A stretch of DNA of 64,000 bases, from positions 6,378 to 70,377 of IMG/VR virus record IMGVR_UViG_3300010261_000001. One strand, given 5' to 3'. Every line of letters starts with the position of its first letter. The stretch's first letter is position 1. Positions 10,083 through 20,255 of this stretch are shown one piece after another. This DNA comes from a virus (taxonomy: Duplodnaviria; Caudoviricetes). Position numbers and translations under genes: made by a program. The notes beneath the pieces were generated by a model. The model was given only the letters and a program-made list of their open reading frames with translations. It made no database searches and was not told where the DNA came from.

Positions 10083-10334
10083 TTAATAAATATTTTTTAA
10101 TTGGTCCAAATCTCCATAAGCTAATCCAATAATCTTAACGCTGTTGTTGTGATTATGTTCAAGATTATCGTTATATGTGTTTAAATAGAAGTTCTCTTTA
10201 AAATCAAAGTTTTCTCTTTTATTTATAATCATTTCACCAGCATTTGCACCTGGAATAGAAACTTCAACAAATATATAAGGAGCATTGCTCTCTTTAGCTG
10301 TTTTAAACACTTTCCTCAAATCGCTTTTATTCAT
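10083..10334 (-). CDS. Hypothetical phage protein
   Basis: 83 aa ORF with RBS. Confidence 0.6.
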   Translation of the reverse strand: MNKSDLRKVFKTAKESNAPYIFVEVSIPGANAGEMIINKRENFDFKENFYLNTYNDNLEHNHNNSVKIIGLAYGDLDQLKNIY

Positions 10335-10390
10335 TTCTTACTTCCTCCTTAAATTTTATATAAAAAATGCACCTATTAAGGTATTGTTGC

Positions 10391-10525
10391 TCATACTGTT
10401 TTGCACTTCGTTTTACCGCATTTTAAACACTTGTAGAATATCAGTTTCCCCATTCCATACTCTATCTTGCATTCTCCATAACTTTTGTATTCATGTTTAC
10501 AAAATAACCTTTTAAGAAAATTCAT
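10391..10525 (-). CDS. Small Cys-rich protein (DUF1660-like)
   Basis: Manually read MNFLKRLFCKHEY...KCLKCGKTK, 44 aa, AAGGAGG RBS. Confidence 0.6.
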   Translation of the reverse strand: MNFLKRLFCKHEYKSYGECKIEYGMGKLIFYKCLKCGKTKCKTV

Positions 10526-10553
10526 ATTACCTCCTTAATATCCCCAGCCTTTT

Positions 10554-10985
10554 TTATTCAACTATTATCCAGTCTTCCGCTAACATATCGGTTTGACTTG
10601 CTAGCCACGGAACTCTATCCTTTGGTGCATCTGGATTGTTTGTTTGTAGGCCTGTCGTATCTATAAAAATATAAGAATGTGTCATTTTAGAGTGTGTATC
10701 AGGTCTTTGCAGTTCAATAAAAATTCCTTTGCCATTCCATCCTTTTCTAGCAACTTTATGTCCTTTCTTTAATGCCTCTATAGCTAATCCAAAAGTAAGG
10801 TTGTCTATTCTTCTATAAGCTTCTTCGAATACTTTTTTCGGACTCCAAGATATATAATCATCTTCATATTTTACTTTGTATCCATGCATATTATCACTAT
10901 CACAAGGTTGCCCTTTTTCTCTGTAGAAATCATTTTTCGTCATTGGTTCTGCGTTAATAATCTTAACTCCTAAATACTTTTCCAC
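10554..10985 (-). CDS. DUF2829-domain protein
   Basis: KVARKGWNGKG...PWLASQTDMLAEDW. Confidence 0.85.
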   Translation of the reverse strand: MEKYLGVKIINAEPMTKNDFYREKGQPCDSDNMHGYKVKYEDDYISWSPKKVFEEAYRRIDNLTFGLAIEALKKGHKVARKGWNGKGIFIELQRPDTHSKMTHSYIFIDTTGLQTNNPDAPKDRVPWLASQTDMLAEDWIIVE

Positions 10986-11187
10986 TTCATTTCCTCCCTA
11001 TTTTTTATATTACTTTTAATTGTTTTTTACTATCATAGGTACATATTACATTTTCCTTTTGTTGCACTTGTATTTGGCCATTGCTCCAAATTTTTCTAAC
11101 AATTCCCGTATGTCCACTTCCATCTATAACCCTGTCACCGACTTTCATGTTATAATTCATATTTCTCACCCCACTTATCTTTATTAT

Positions 11188-11215
11188 TAGTCACAAAACC
11201 TTAATTTTGCGACTA
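11188..11215. repeat. Near-perfect 11-6-11 bp palindromic site
   Basis: TAGTCACAAAA-CCTTAA-TTTTGCGACTA. Confidence 0.75.
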
Positions 11216-11257
11216 TTCCTGATTTTGTCTGGTATATTCAATTAATCCACCACCTTT

Positions 11258-11518
11258 TCATAAGATATTTTGACTCTCCTTATTATATTTTTTAATAATT
11301 TCTTTCAGTCTAAAATACTTATTTAAAGGAACGATTAAAATAAAATTAACTCCAAATGATAATAAAAAAGACACTAATCTTAATTCTGGATAATAAATAT
11401 CTAATGAAAATGCAATTCTATTTATTGAAATTGCAATACCAATAATTAAGGCTGTTTTAATATAATATTTCATTACACACCCCACCCATCTTGAATCTCG
11501 CCCATTCCTCATTGACAT
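11258..11518 (-). CDS. Small membrane protein
   Basis: Two hydrophobic segments; likely start MKYYIK. Confidence 0.55.
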   Translation of the reverse strand: MSMRNGRDSRWVGCVMKYYIKTALIIGIAISINRIAFSLDIYYPELRLVSFLLSFGVNFILIVPLNKYFRLKEIIKKYNKESQNIL

Positions 11519-11533
11519 TGTTGCATATTATTC

Positions 11534-11821
11534 CTATGCTTTCTCATAAGTCATTTCAAATATATCAGGTTTGCAAGAATATAATTCACCCTTAACACCT
11601 TTTATAATATAATCTCCTGATTCAGATATATGTGGTCCTTCTAATGTATCTATTATTAAAGTGCCATTATGTTTATCTAGTTTTATCTTATTATCTGCTA
11701 TCGCCTTTTCTAACCATTTAGGAATACAGCTAGTAAAAGATATTTTGACATTGTTTAATGAAGTATCCGTAAACCATTGAAATGCTTCAACCTCTACTGG
11801 TTTCTTTCTATATTTAGCCAT
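11534..11821 (-). CDS. Conserved phage protein
   Basis: MAKYRKKPVEVEA...GDYIIKGVKGELYSCKPDIF family. Confidence 0.75.
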   Translation of the reverse strand: MAKYRKKPVEVEAFQWFTDTSLNNVKISFTSCIPKWLEKAIADNKIKLDKHNGTLIIDTLEGPHISESGDYIIKGVKGELYSCKPDIFEMTYEKA

Positions 11822-12326
11822 CCCTTCACCTCTTTATCGCATATTTATTGATACTTGTGAATAAACATATCATCTTTTCTCGTATTTATAGTTTTTATTG
11901 TGTATAATCATTCACTAAAGTCCTTTGATATCTTTCCCTTTGGTGCCCTTACCATAAATGAAGGTAATCATCGCGTAGCTCTAGACCAACTTCTTGACAA
12001 GATACAACCTCTTCGTCTTCGATAACTCCACTACAACTCAATGTATTGCTTTTATCCATCAACTTTAATAGCTTTGCTATTTCCTCCGGTGTTCCCTCGA
12101 ATGTCTCGTAAACATCACCTATCGACCTTGTATACTCCATTACTTCACCCCCTTTCCCTCTTTCCCTTTTAAGATACTTCTAAAAGCAAGTTTGGCATGA
12201 AGAAACCAATTGGTTTTATGTGTTGCTGGTTTTGGATCCAATGGGCTAACTGGATGGTATGTTAAGCATTCATCGTATTTCTTGCAATCAACGCCTGACC
12301 TTGCATATTCCATTGTTTCGCCCCCT

Positions 12327-13169
12327 TTAATCATCAATAAAATCTATTATAAAGTCACATCTACAATTGCAATCCTCTTCTGGTACTCCAAACATACCAG
12401 GACCAAATCCTCTATTTCCATTTGGCGTTATAAAATCTTCTTCATAAGGCACAATTATTCCATCCATGTCAACATGATTAGCTTTGTCGCGTGGTTTGTA
12501 TCCTCTTACTCTCTCATCATTACTAGTGATCCATTCTTTTGTCATCTTGACCTTCTTACTAGCACCGTCAAGGCTGTCTTTCTTAGCTTCCTGAAACACT
12601 CTATGGCTTTCAGTTCTGACAATTCTCATGGGGTTTACTACTTGTCCTGATAAACTCTTGTTTAGTTCTTTTGACATAGTAGAATATGTTTGACCTTCTA
12701 TTAATCCTTTAGTTACTGTTTCTCTTATTTTTAATACTGCTGTTTCTCTATGAAGTCCCATTCTGTCTGTCCATCTTAGTCCAGATATATCGTTATACAT
12801 TGCCTTTTTTAATACATCTTCTCGTATTATTGGGATTAACTTCTTATTTTGTGTTAATTCTACTATTTCTTTGACTCCATTATAGTTTAATTTGTAAGTT
12901 TCGCTTAATACGTCTTTAATTGCCTTTGTATTGCGTTTATATGTTTCGTTGACCAATACATCTAATTCTTTATAAAAACCTTGCATACGCTTGTATTTTG
13001 CCATCTCTTCATAAGTTAATTTTCCATTTTTTTCATATTTCCTAAACATGTCAGCTGTAAGCTTATACATAGCCTTTAGTGCTACTGTATATTCTGTAAC
13101 TATGCCTTTTTCTGCTTTCTTGATGAGTTTCTCGTATTCTTTGAATAACTTCTCAAATTTCTTTCTCAT
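12327..13169 (-). CDS. Minor head protein (SPP1 gp7/Mu F-like)
   Basis: RIVRTESHR, KEW, NCRC motifs; follows portal. Confidence 0.85.
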   Translation of the reverse strand: MRKKFEKLFKEYEKLIKKAEKGIVTEYTVALKAMYKLTADMFRKYEKNGKLTYEEMAKYKRMQGFYKELDVLVNETYKRNTKAIKDVLSETYKLNYNGVKEIVELTQNKKLIPIIREDVLKKAMYNDISGLRWTDRMGLHRETAVLKIRETVTKGLIEGQTYSTMSKELNKSLSGQVVNPMRIVRTESHRVFQEAKKDSLDGASKKVKMTKEWITSNDERVRGYKPRDKANHVDMDGIIVPYEEDFITPNGNRGFGPGMFGVPEEDCNCRCDFIIDFIDD

Positions 13170-14539
13170 TCTTCGTCTTCCTCTAATTCTCTTTTTCTTA
13201 ATTCCTCATCTAAATTAAAATAGTTGCCTTTGCTTTGCTGTTCTGCTTCTATCTTTTCTAATTCTTTAGCTGTATCTTCGACAAATGGTAGTTGTGCTAA
13301 TAGCGTTTCATCTGATGTTATCCCTTTGAGTTTTTGTGCTGATTCTACTATTTCAGTTAAATTCATAGGAATATTTCTAACGAAAGATATTTCTACATCA
13401 AGGTAATCAAATGATCCTTGTCCTTTTTTCGCCAGCATGTTGCATATAAGCTCTATTCTTCTTTGTAATGCACGTTTGAACTTTCTTTCCTTTGTTACTG
13501 CCGCCTGTTCCAATCCCCACAGTTTATATCGAATTGCAATTCCAGATAATGTCCCCGCAAAAGATTCATCTGTAAGGTTTGGCACTTGAGAGAATCTGTG
13601 TATATCCTTTTGCAGTCTAGTCTTGAAGTTCTCTACTGCACTATCGTTTATATCTTTTATTAGCCAATAAGCTCCAGATTTTTCTCCTTCTACACCATGT
13701 GGTAAAACTATGACCCTGTTCTTTTTCATTTCCTTTACATCTTCTTCGTTTGTGTCTGGTACACCTTCTAGTACCATATAGGCATCTGAAAAATACTCTA
13801 GGTCATTTAATGTGTCTGATTGGGATTTATCATACGCATCTATCAACGTCATTACATTTTCAAAGTCTCCTAATCTTTCATCGTTATTTGGGAATTCTAC
13901 TACAGGTACGTCTCCCCAGTAGTGTTCTATTTCTTCCATTAGCTCTATCTGTCCTTTTTCTTCTCTATAACGAATTATCTTTGATTTAGTGTATACTTCT
14001 ATGTTGGTTATTTCTCCACTTTCACATAGGCTTTCAGTTGTATAGTATCTAATAGCAAAGTTAGGCTTACATTCTATTGTAGTGTCGTATACTATCAACA
14101 TTTCGTCTCTTTCAACTACATCAAACCTTATGTTTACATCTTCGTCTACAAAAAATAATTCATATGCACTGCCCTTTATTCCCATTGATTTCGCCAATTC
14201 GCTATTTTCATCCTGTTCATCATTGTAATCGAATATATCTTGTAACAATTCCATCAACTTTTCATTTTCACTCGTATAACGTATTGGTTCACCTGTAAAG
14301 TAGCCTTGTAGCACGTCTACAATGTATTTAGGAAAGCCATGTACCAATTTGTTGTTTGGCTTAGTGCTATCTTCTATATTTCTATTCAGTATATCGTGTT
14401 TGCCTTCATAGTATTCTTGTAGTTTTTTGCATTGGTTTACTTCTACTTCATGCTTTTTTATTAAAGCTTGTATCTGTTCTGGTGTTGGTTCTTCTATGTC
14501 GTATCTAAACAAATTTATCACCTTCCTTTTTAGTCGCAA
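13166..14539 (-). CDS. Portal protein, SPP1 gp6 type
   Basis: NNKLVHGF, LSGIAIRYKL motifs. Confidence 0.92.
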   Translation of the reverse strand: MRLKRKVINLFRYDIEEPTPEQIQALIKKHEVEVNQCKKLQEYYEGKHDILNRNIEDSTKPNNKLVHGFPKYIVDVLQGYFTGEPIRYTSENEKLMELLQDIFDYNDEQDENSELAKSMGIKGSAYELFFVDEDVNIRFDVVERDEMLIVYDTTIECKPNFAIRYYTTESLCESGEITNIEVYTKSKIIRYREEKGQIELMEEIEHYWGDVPVVEFPNNDERLGDFENVMTLIDAYDKSQSDTLNDLEYFSDAYMVLEGVPDTNEEDVKEMKKNRVIVLPHGVEGEKSGAYWLIKDINDSAVENFKTRLQKDIHRFSQVPNLTDESFAGTLSGIAIRYKLWGLEQAAVTKERKFKRALQRRIELICNMLAKKGQGSFDYLDVEISFVRNIPMNLTEIVESAQKLKGITSDETLLAQLPFVEDTAKELEKIEAEQQSKGNYFNLDEELRKRELEEDEE

Positions 14540-14561
14540 AGGATATATTTTGTGACTATTT

Positions 14562-15851
14562 TTATAACCCTAACCTAGATTTATTAAATGTTCCTATCTT
14601 TCTAGCGCCCCTCATATCGTCTTCTAATGCATATCTTGTTAAATCAATAAAGTGATTATCTTTGTCAGGGAATTCAGCTTTAAAATTTCCATTCCTATCT
14701 TTTTCTAGTTCATAATTTAAGAATTCCTTTGCTGCATTAGGACATCTTTCTCCATCTATAATGATTTCTTCTAAGTCCTGTAAGAACTTCATGCCATACT
14801 CTACTGAATCAGGACCTTTCCTTGCTCCTCTTACGTTTAACCCATAGCCTTTAAGCTCTGCTATTGATTTAGGTTCAGCACTATCAGCTGTTATAAGTCC
14901 ATTGCCAATATTTCTTTGTTTAATTAGTTTTGCCGCTTTTCTATTACTTAATCCTACTTTGTAGATCTCGTCATAGATGTATAGTTTTCTTCTAGTCTTA
15001 TCGAAATGCATTTCTCCATAAGCAAACGGATCAATTGCATATCCAAAGTCAATTCCTCTCTTTATTCTGTCAAATGTTGCTATTTCTTCATCTGTTATTT
15101 CTCTTACTTTAACATTACTAAATACTTCTCCACCTGTTCCAGTTACTTCACCTAAGTATTCATGATTATAGGCTGTTGGATTGACTTTTTTTAAGTGTTC
15201 AGCTTCTATAAAAAATTGCTCCCCTAACCATTTTTTTGGCACACTTTTATAGTTACTATGATGGACAAGTCTGTCGTTTCTTTTAATTGCGGATTCAGTG
15301 TTTACCCAGCTTTGTACTGACTTAGGGGGATTGTAAGTATAGAATACAACAAAATCATCCCCACCTCTCATCAGAGATTGGTTTATGTTCCTTATTTCCT
15401 CCATACCATTAAATTGATCTAATTCTTCATACCATATATACTTTATATATCCTTTTGATACTTTGGTAGACTTTAGCTTTACAGGATCATCCGCTCCACG
15501 GAATAGTATCTTTTGGCCCGTGGGTATATATGTTATCTCTAGTTTTGCTTTTGGTATATCCCATAAATGAGATACTCCTAATTTTTCTATCGCCCATGTT
15601 ATTTGTTCAAATACACTATCTTTTAGCGTGTCTTTTACTTTTCTTATCACCACCGCATTTGTCATATTGCCTTTGTTAGCATCGTCCATCATCCCCAGTG
15701 GAACTTCTATGCCAACAAACGATGATTTAGTGGAACCTCTTCCACCTTTTAGCCAATGGTGAATATGTTTGCCTTTTTTTATATCTTTATGAACTGTGTA
15801 AAAAGATGGAGCTATTAAGTCTGATAATCTAATTTTCTTCATCTTCATCAC
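14562..15851 (-). CDS. terL: Terminase large subunit, PBSX family
   Basis: KGGRGSTKS Walker A, WYEE Walker B, GIDFGY, D..NHFID nuclease. Confidence 0.93.
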   Translation of the reverse strand: MMKMKKIRLSDLIAPSFYTVHKDIKKGKHIHHWLKGGRGSTKSSFVGIEVPLGMMDDANKGNMTNAVVIRKVKDTLKDSVFEQITWAIEKLGVSHLWDIPKAKLEITYIPTGQKILFRGADDPVKLKSTKVSKGYIKYIWYEELDQFNGMEEIRNINQSLMRGGDDFVVFYTYNPPKSVQSWVNTESAIKRNDRLVHHSNYKSVPKKWLGEQFFIEAEHLKKVNPTAYNHEYLGEVTGTGGEVFSNVKVREITDEEIATFDRIKRGIDFGYAIDPFAYGEMHFDKTRRKLYIYDEIYKVGLSNRKAAKLIKQRNIGNGLITADSAEPKSIAELKGYGLNVRGARKGPDSVEYGMKFLQDLEEIIIDGERCPNAAKEFLNYELEKDRNGNFKAEFPDKDNHFIDLTRYALEDDMRGARKIGTFNKSRLGL

Positions 15852-16290
15852 TGCTTATATCGTCTATTATTTTTACTCCCATATTTCCTTCTACGTCAAC
15901 TTTGTCTGTGAACAAGCTGTATCTTTTACCCAATAGTTCCGCTGCTTTTATTCTGTCTTTTGCAGATATCTGCTTTTCAACTATCCTAGCCTTGCTTTCA
16001 AAATCTCCGGTGTTTTCAGTTACTACTACTTCTTCTACTATCTCTCCCCTCATAGCAGCTGTAAGATGTTTTAATACTTCTTCAGCTTTTGCTATTTGTT
16101 TATCTTCTATTTCTTTCATCTTTTCATCAATGTATGATTTTATATGAGGTTTATTGAGGTTTTCATATCCCATTTCTGCTGCTGTTTTTTTACTATATCC
16201 TGCTTTTATAGCAGACTCTCTTGCGTTTCCTGTCTTAATAAATTCATCAGCAAACTTTTTTTGCTTTACTGTTAATTTTCTATTCTCCAT
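15829..16290 (-). CDS. terS: Terminase small subunit
   Basis: LTVKQKKFADEF..GNARESAIKAGYS. Confidence 0.9.
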   Translation of the reverse strand: MENRKLTVKQKKFADEFIKTGNARESAIKAGYSKKTAAEMGYENLNKPHIKSYIDEKMKEIEDKQIAKAEEVLKHLTAAMRGEIVEEVVVTENTGDFESKARIVEKQISAKDRIKAAELLGKRYSLFTDKVDVEGNMGVKIIDDISSDEDEEN

Positions 16291-16490
16291 ATCACCACCT
16301 CATTCCTTTTTTACTATCATAAAGCTTATTCCTTACATTTGCTTATAGCCACAATGATTAATAAGCTAATCTCTAGCTGAACATGATACAAGCCCATTGT
16401 AACCATGTTTTGCAATTATGCGTTTTGATGTAACCTCAACACCGTTAGCCTTTAGAAACTTAGTAGCTCTTGCTCTAGTCCATTTTTCAT

Positions 16491-17018
16491 TCATAAAGCA
16501 TCCTCCCTTTTTTCAATAGCTTTTCTTTCCACTACAACAATCGTATCGTTGTGCCAACCACCATGAGAAACCAATAATATCTCCATTATTTCAAAACCAT
16601 ATTTCTTCCCAATTCCACCACTATTCCAGCTACAAGTAATTACTATTCCACCTTTTTTAACTATCCTACTTATTTCTTTTTTCTGACTAGACCAATAACT
16701 AGCCTGTGTTGTTTGCATGTTTACTGTTTGTCCTAAAGATTTATAACATTCACTTACTTGTCGTGGTGAATATGGCGGGTCATATAAAACCATATCTACT
16801 GAATTGTCATCAAATAATTTAAGAAAATCTAGTGCGTCAAGATGATAGTCTGTATCATATTGAGTATCTAAATCATTAGTAATTGTTGCTGTTTTATTTT
16901 TATTCGCAAAAGGATCGATGATAATCCCATCTATTATATATTTATTAATCAACTCTTTTATAGGCTTAATGTCAAATGTGTTTTTATTAGGCATAGCCCA
17001 TTTTCTGTTAATAATCAT
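16491..17018 (-). CDS. Adenine-specific DNA methyltransferase-like protein
   Basis: DPF SAM motif and DPPY catalytic motif. Confidence 0.75.
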   Translation of the reverse strand: MIINRKWAMPNKNTFDIKPIKELINKYIIDGIIIDPFANKNKTATITNDLDTQYDTDYHLDALDFLKLFDDNSVDMVLYDPPYSPRQVSECYKSLGQTVNMQTTQASYWSSQKKEISRIVKKGGIVITCSWNSGGIGKKYGFEIMEILLVSHGGWHNDTIVVVERKAIEKREDAL

Positions 17019-17022
17019 TTAA

Positions 17023-17181
17023 TCACCTACCAAGTTTCTTGTATTGTCTTTTTAGATAATGATATAAGCCCCACTCAAAAGTAAAATAGCCATCTTCTAT
17101 TTTGAACTCATATCCGAATATAAAACATGAAACTAAAAGCGAAATTATGCCAAATAATAAATATTTTAATATTTTTTTCAT
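17023..17181 (-). CDS. 52-aa membrane protein between 19-bp direct repeats
   Basis: Manually read MKKILKYLLFGIISLLVSCFIFG...; RBS present. Confidence 0.55.
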   Translation of the reverse strand: MKKILKYLLFGIISLLVSCFIFGYEFKIEDGYFTFEWGLYHYLKRQYKKLGR

Positions 17182-17198
17182 TTAATCACCTACCAAAC

Positions 17199-18105
17199 TT
17201 AATATAATAAATGCTGTATATTGTAAAATCTCATTAGTAAAACATCACCACTTACAAAATGGTTAATACTATAATCGCAATTAGGGAAGTCTTGATTGAA
17301 ATAGTCAATAATTATTTTCTTATAATCATCTAAAGTAGGGTTATAATCTACTTCATCTATATAGGAAATACAATCGATGATTTTCTCTATTTGTTCATTC
17401 TTTAATTTAGCAGGTTCTATGTTTCGCATATGTCCACCATAGTTATAATACATTCTGAAAAATTCTTTTATATCGTTAGTATCTAAATTGCCTATAACAC
17501 CATTATTGCTAATAGAGTTCATAATCTTTTCTATTTGCTTATCCAGTATATCGAATGAAAAAAACACCTAGTGGCGACTTGTCGCTACCCTTATAACCTT
17601 CTAAAGAATTAGTATTATTTAAATTAGTATTATTATAATGAATATTATTTCCACTTCTTTGGTTGCCAACAAGTTCCTTCTTTGGCTGTTTCAAGTTACC
17701 CCCTATGGAAGTATCTTTAGGATTTGCAAGTCTTTCAGCCTTTTCTTTGCCATTTTTCAATAATTTTGCTAGTAATTCGCTGTTAGGTATGATTTTAAAA
17801 TGTCTCCTTGCAGGCAATCCTTTTAGCTTAGCTTTTATAAGTCCTATTCTCTTTAGATTGTTTATAGCAGTCCTTTGTGCCTTTTCTCCAAGTCCAGTCC
17901 CAGCCTGTAAATCATATTGAGTATTATAAAAATAACCTTCTTCATCTAGCATTTCTTTAGTTTTAAAGTAATTGTATCTTGATAATAATTCGCAATATAA
18001 TACAGCTTCATTTAATCCAATGGCTTGTATAAGACTTTTGTTTACAGTTATACTGCCATCAGCTCTTAATAGTTCTATCGCTACATCAAAATTAAAATTA
18101 TTCAT
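17199..18105 (-). pseudogene. Replication initiator-like wHTH protein split by frameshift at a T7 run
   Basis: ORFs 17539-18105 and 17199-17567 overlap exactly at GTTTTTTTC (T7 at 17558-17564). Confidence 0.6.
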
Positions 18106-18213
18106 TTTTAAACATCTCCCTAGAATTTTTATTTCAATAGTGGTAATCCCTACTTTCTAGGATTTTCAGGAAACAATCCGTCGATTGCTGTCCCACTATT
18201 TGATTTCTATATT

Positions 18214-18240
18214 AAAAAAGACACTTGCCTTTGAGTGTCT
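18214..18240 (-). terminator. Intrinsic terminator
   Basis: AGACACT/AGTGTCT stem plus T6. Confidence 0.7.
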
Positions 18241-18772
18241 ATATCTCTATTTCGGATCTTCTCTATTAAAATCCCCAAGGCTGGGAATGCATCTAGGTAA
18301 TGCACATTTGTATTTTAATCCAGTCCATGTACCCCAAACACAGTCTTCGCATTTGTGAGATTTTTTCTTCTTAAGGAGTTTACCTAAAATATAATTTCTC
18401 ATTATTCCATTTGTATATTTGTCTATAGCCATCATTCCCACCCCAATTTGACCGATTTTATATCATAGTATAACTGCATCCAATATAAATTCTTTTTCCT
18501 GTATAGTCTAACCAATACTTTATAGCAAGGTATTGGTGTGTATTTGTCTTGATAACAACTCCAACTTCCATAATTCTTTGACATATATCCGTCCTGTTTT
18601 ATTTCTCCCATGTAGGTTGCCTTAGTTTCTATTTCTTGTCCTAGGAAGCTTTCTACTATTAAGGTTATTTTAGTGTCTTTCTCTATGCCTTTAAATATAT
18701 CAATTAAATCTTTGGCCATGTTTTTCACCTTCTTTAAAATATGTAAAAATCACCCTGTTAGAATGCTAAATT

Positions 18773-18848
18773 TGGCATAGGCTATAGGAATCGAACCTAT
18801 CGCACGGGATTTTGGAGATCCTGTCGCCACCTTGGAACATGAGCCTAC
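18773..18848 (-). tRNA. trnW: tRNA-Trp (CCA), atypical
   Basis: CT-CCA-AA loop, GGTTCGATTCC T-arm, encoded CCA; C8 and an A-C mismatch in the anticodon stem. Confidence 0.8.
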
Positions 18849-18853
18849 ATATT

Positions 18854-18938
18854 TGGTGGGAAGTAGTGGAGTCGAACCACTCGAGTCTAAGACAACGGAT
18901 TTACAGTCCGCACCGCTACCTCTACGGTATAACTTCCC
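18854..18938 (-). tRNA. trnY: tRNA-Tyr (GTA)
   Basis: GGGAAGT/ACTTCCC acceptor, CT-GTA-AA loop, long variable arm, CCA end. Confidence 0.92.
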
Positions 18939-19692
18939 ATAATTAAATTGCTTTTTATTTAACGGTATTCCACAAGTAGTGACAAACCATCTAGCCATCT
19001 TCTCCTTCTTCAAATTCAATTTCTAATATATTCAATTTACAGTACGGACATTTATTTTCTCCTACGTGTCCGCCTTTTCTGTATATATAATTAATTAAAT
19101 GCTCCCATTTTGGCTTTTCTATTAAGACATCACATAATGGACAATATGCTTTCATTTTCATCACCTGCTTATTAACTTCACTATAAAAGTCAATCCACGT
19201 ATCACACTTGATATTATACAAAACAACACCAAGGTAATTATAAACCAATCTATTGCTTTAAATTTTTGAGTTTTTATCCATTTTAACACTTTCATTTCTT
19301 AACCACGCCCTTGTTGATATACTTTTCTTTTTTCCCTTTTTCTTCATCTATTTTAAGTTTTTCCATTCGTTGTATAAGTCTTTTTTCATATTCTTTGTCT
19401 AGGGTAATTCTTCTACATGCCTCTAGCATATATTCTTCTTCGCTATTTCTTATTATTTTTCTATCTGCATATATAGCACATCTAATAGCGGCTTTTCTAC
19501 TAAAATAAAAATGACTATGGTTTTTATATTCGCCTTTTAAATTTTTGACTATCCATCCTTTTTTAACTTTTCTTACTTCAAATTCATTAATTCGGTATTC
19601 TATCATGGAAACACCTCGTTTTTTGAGTATAAAAAATAGAAAGACTCGGTGTAAAGGGGGCAAATCACCAAATCTTTCTGTAAAGCCTGTTT

Positions 19693-19723
19693 AAAAAATT
19701 AGGCAGAATGATGAGTTCTGCCT
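19693..19723 (-). terminator. Terminator downstream of large ncRNA
   Basis: AGGCAGAA/TTCTGCCT stem plus T-run. Confidence 0.65.
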
Positions 19724-19809
19724 GTGTTCCTGTTTATTTAGATATATTTTAACACCTATTAAGATGTTAATTGCTATTGTATACAAGTAGAACCATGCTA
19801 TAATAATTG

Positions 19810-20160
19810 TATGTTGGCACGTTCACTTATTGGCTACCTCGGATTACTTGCAATAATTACTTAGGAGACTTTCGGCCCTATTATATGGTTTGTACTAGAT
19901 AGGTGAATATTTTGGTTTCAGGTCTAAGCCTTACTTCCTATCTTCTCTAGATTCTAGCATAGAGATTAATACGCTGTAATTGTATAGTCGTTACCACTCG
20001 CCACTTATAAGTTGTAGCCACTGCTTACTAACTACATTTCGTTATTGCTTTTATCCTAACCTCTAAACTTCCAGCCACTTGTATTAATTATATTCGCTCA
20101 ATACACGAGCATTAGATCCGCTTCAATCTACTTATTGTAGATAAGCACGTTATGCACATA
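19810..20160 (-). ncRNA. Large structured ncRNA, ROOL-like (GOLLD not excluded)
   Basis: No ORF; 5' TATGTGCA/ACGTGCTTAT pairs with 3' ATAAGT-GA-ACGT/TGCCAACATA; many internal helices; next to phage tRNAs. Family call is from recalled motifs only. Confidence 0.65.
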
Positions 20161-20170
20161 GTAAATAGGT

Positions 20171-20203
20171 AATAAAAGACCGGCTTTCCCATAGGAACCC
20201 GGT
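20171..20203 (-). terminator. Terminator-like hairpin just downstream of late promoter
   Basis: CCGG-G-TTCC-TATG-GGAA-AG-CCGG then TCTTTTATT. Confidence 0.65.
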
Positions 20204-20255
20204 ACTCTCTTTCTACCATCGGTAGATGAACTAGTGCTTCTAGGTATTTCTACCT

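Noticed and set aside
11837-11860. TCGCA-N14-TGTGA dyad before an RBS
   Set aside because: Spacing is 2 bp longer than in the 11-6-11 sites and arms are weak; noted only
18136-18200. Hammerhead ribozyme
   Set aside because: CTGAAAA instead of CTGANGA and no GAAA after stem II
18750-19019. 89-aa ORF
   Set aside because: Lies over the two tRNA genes
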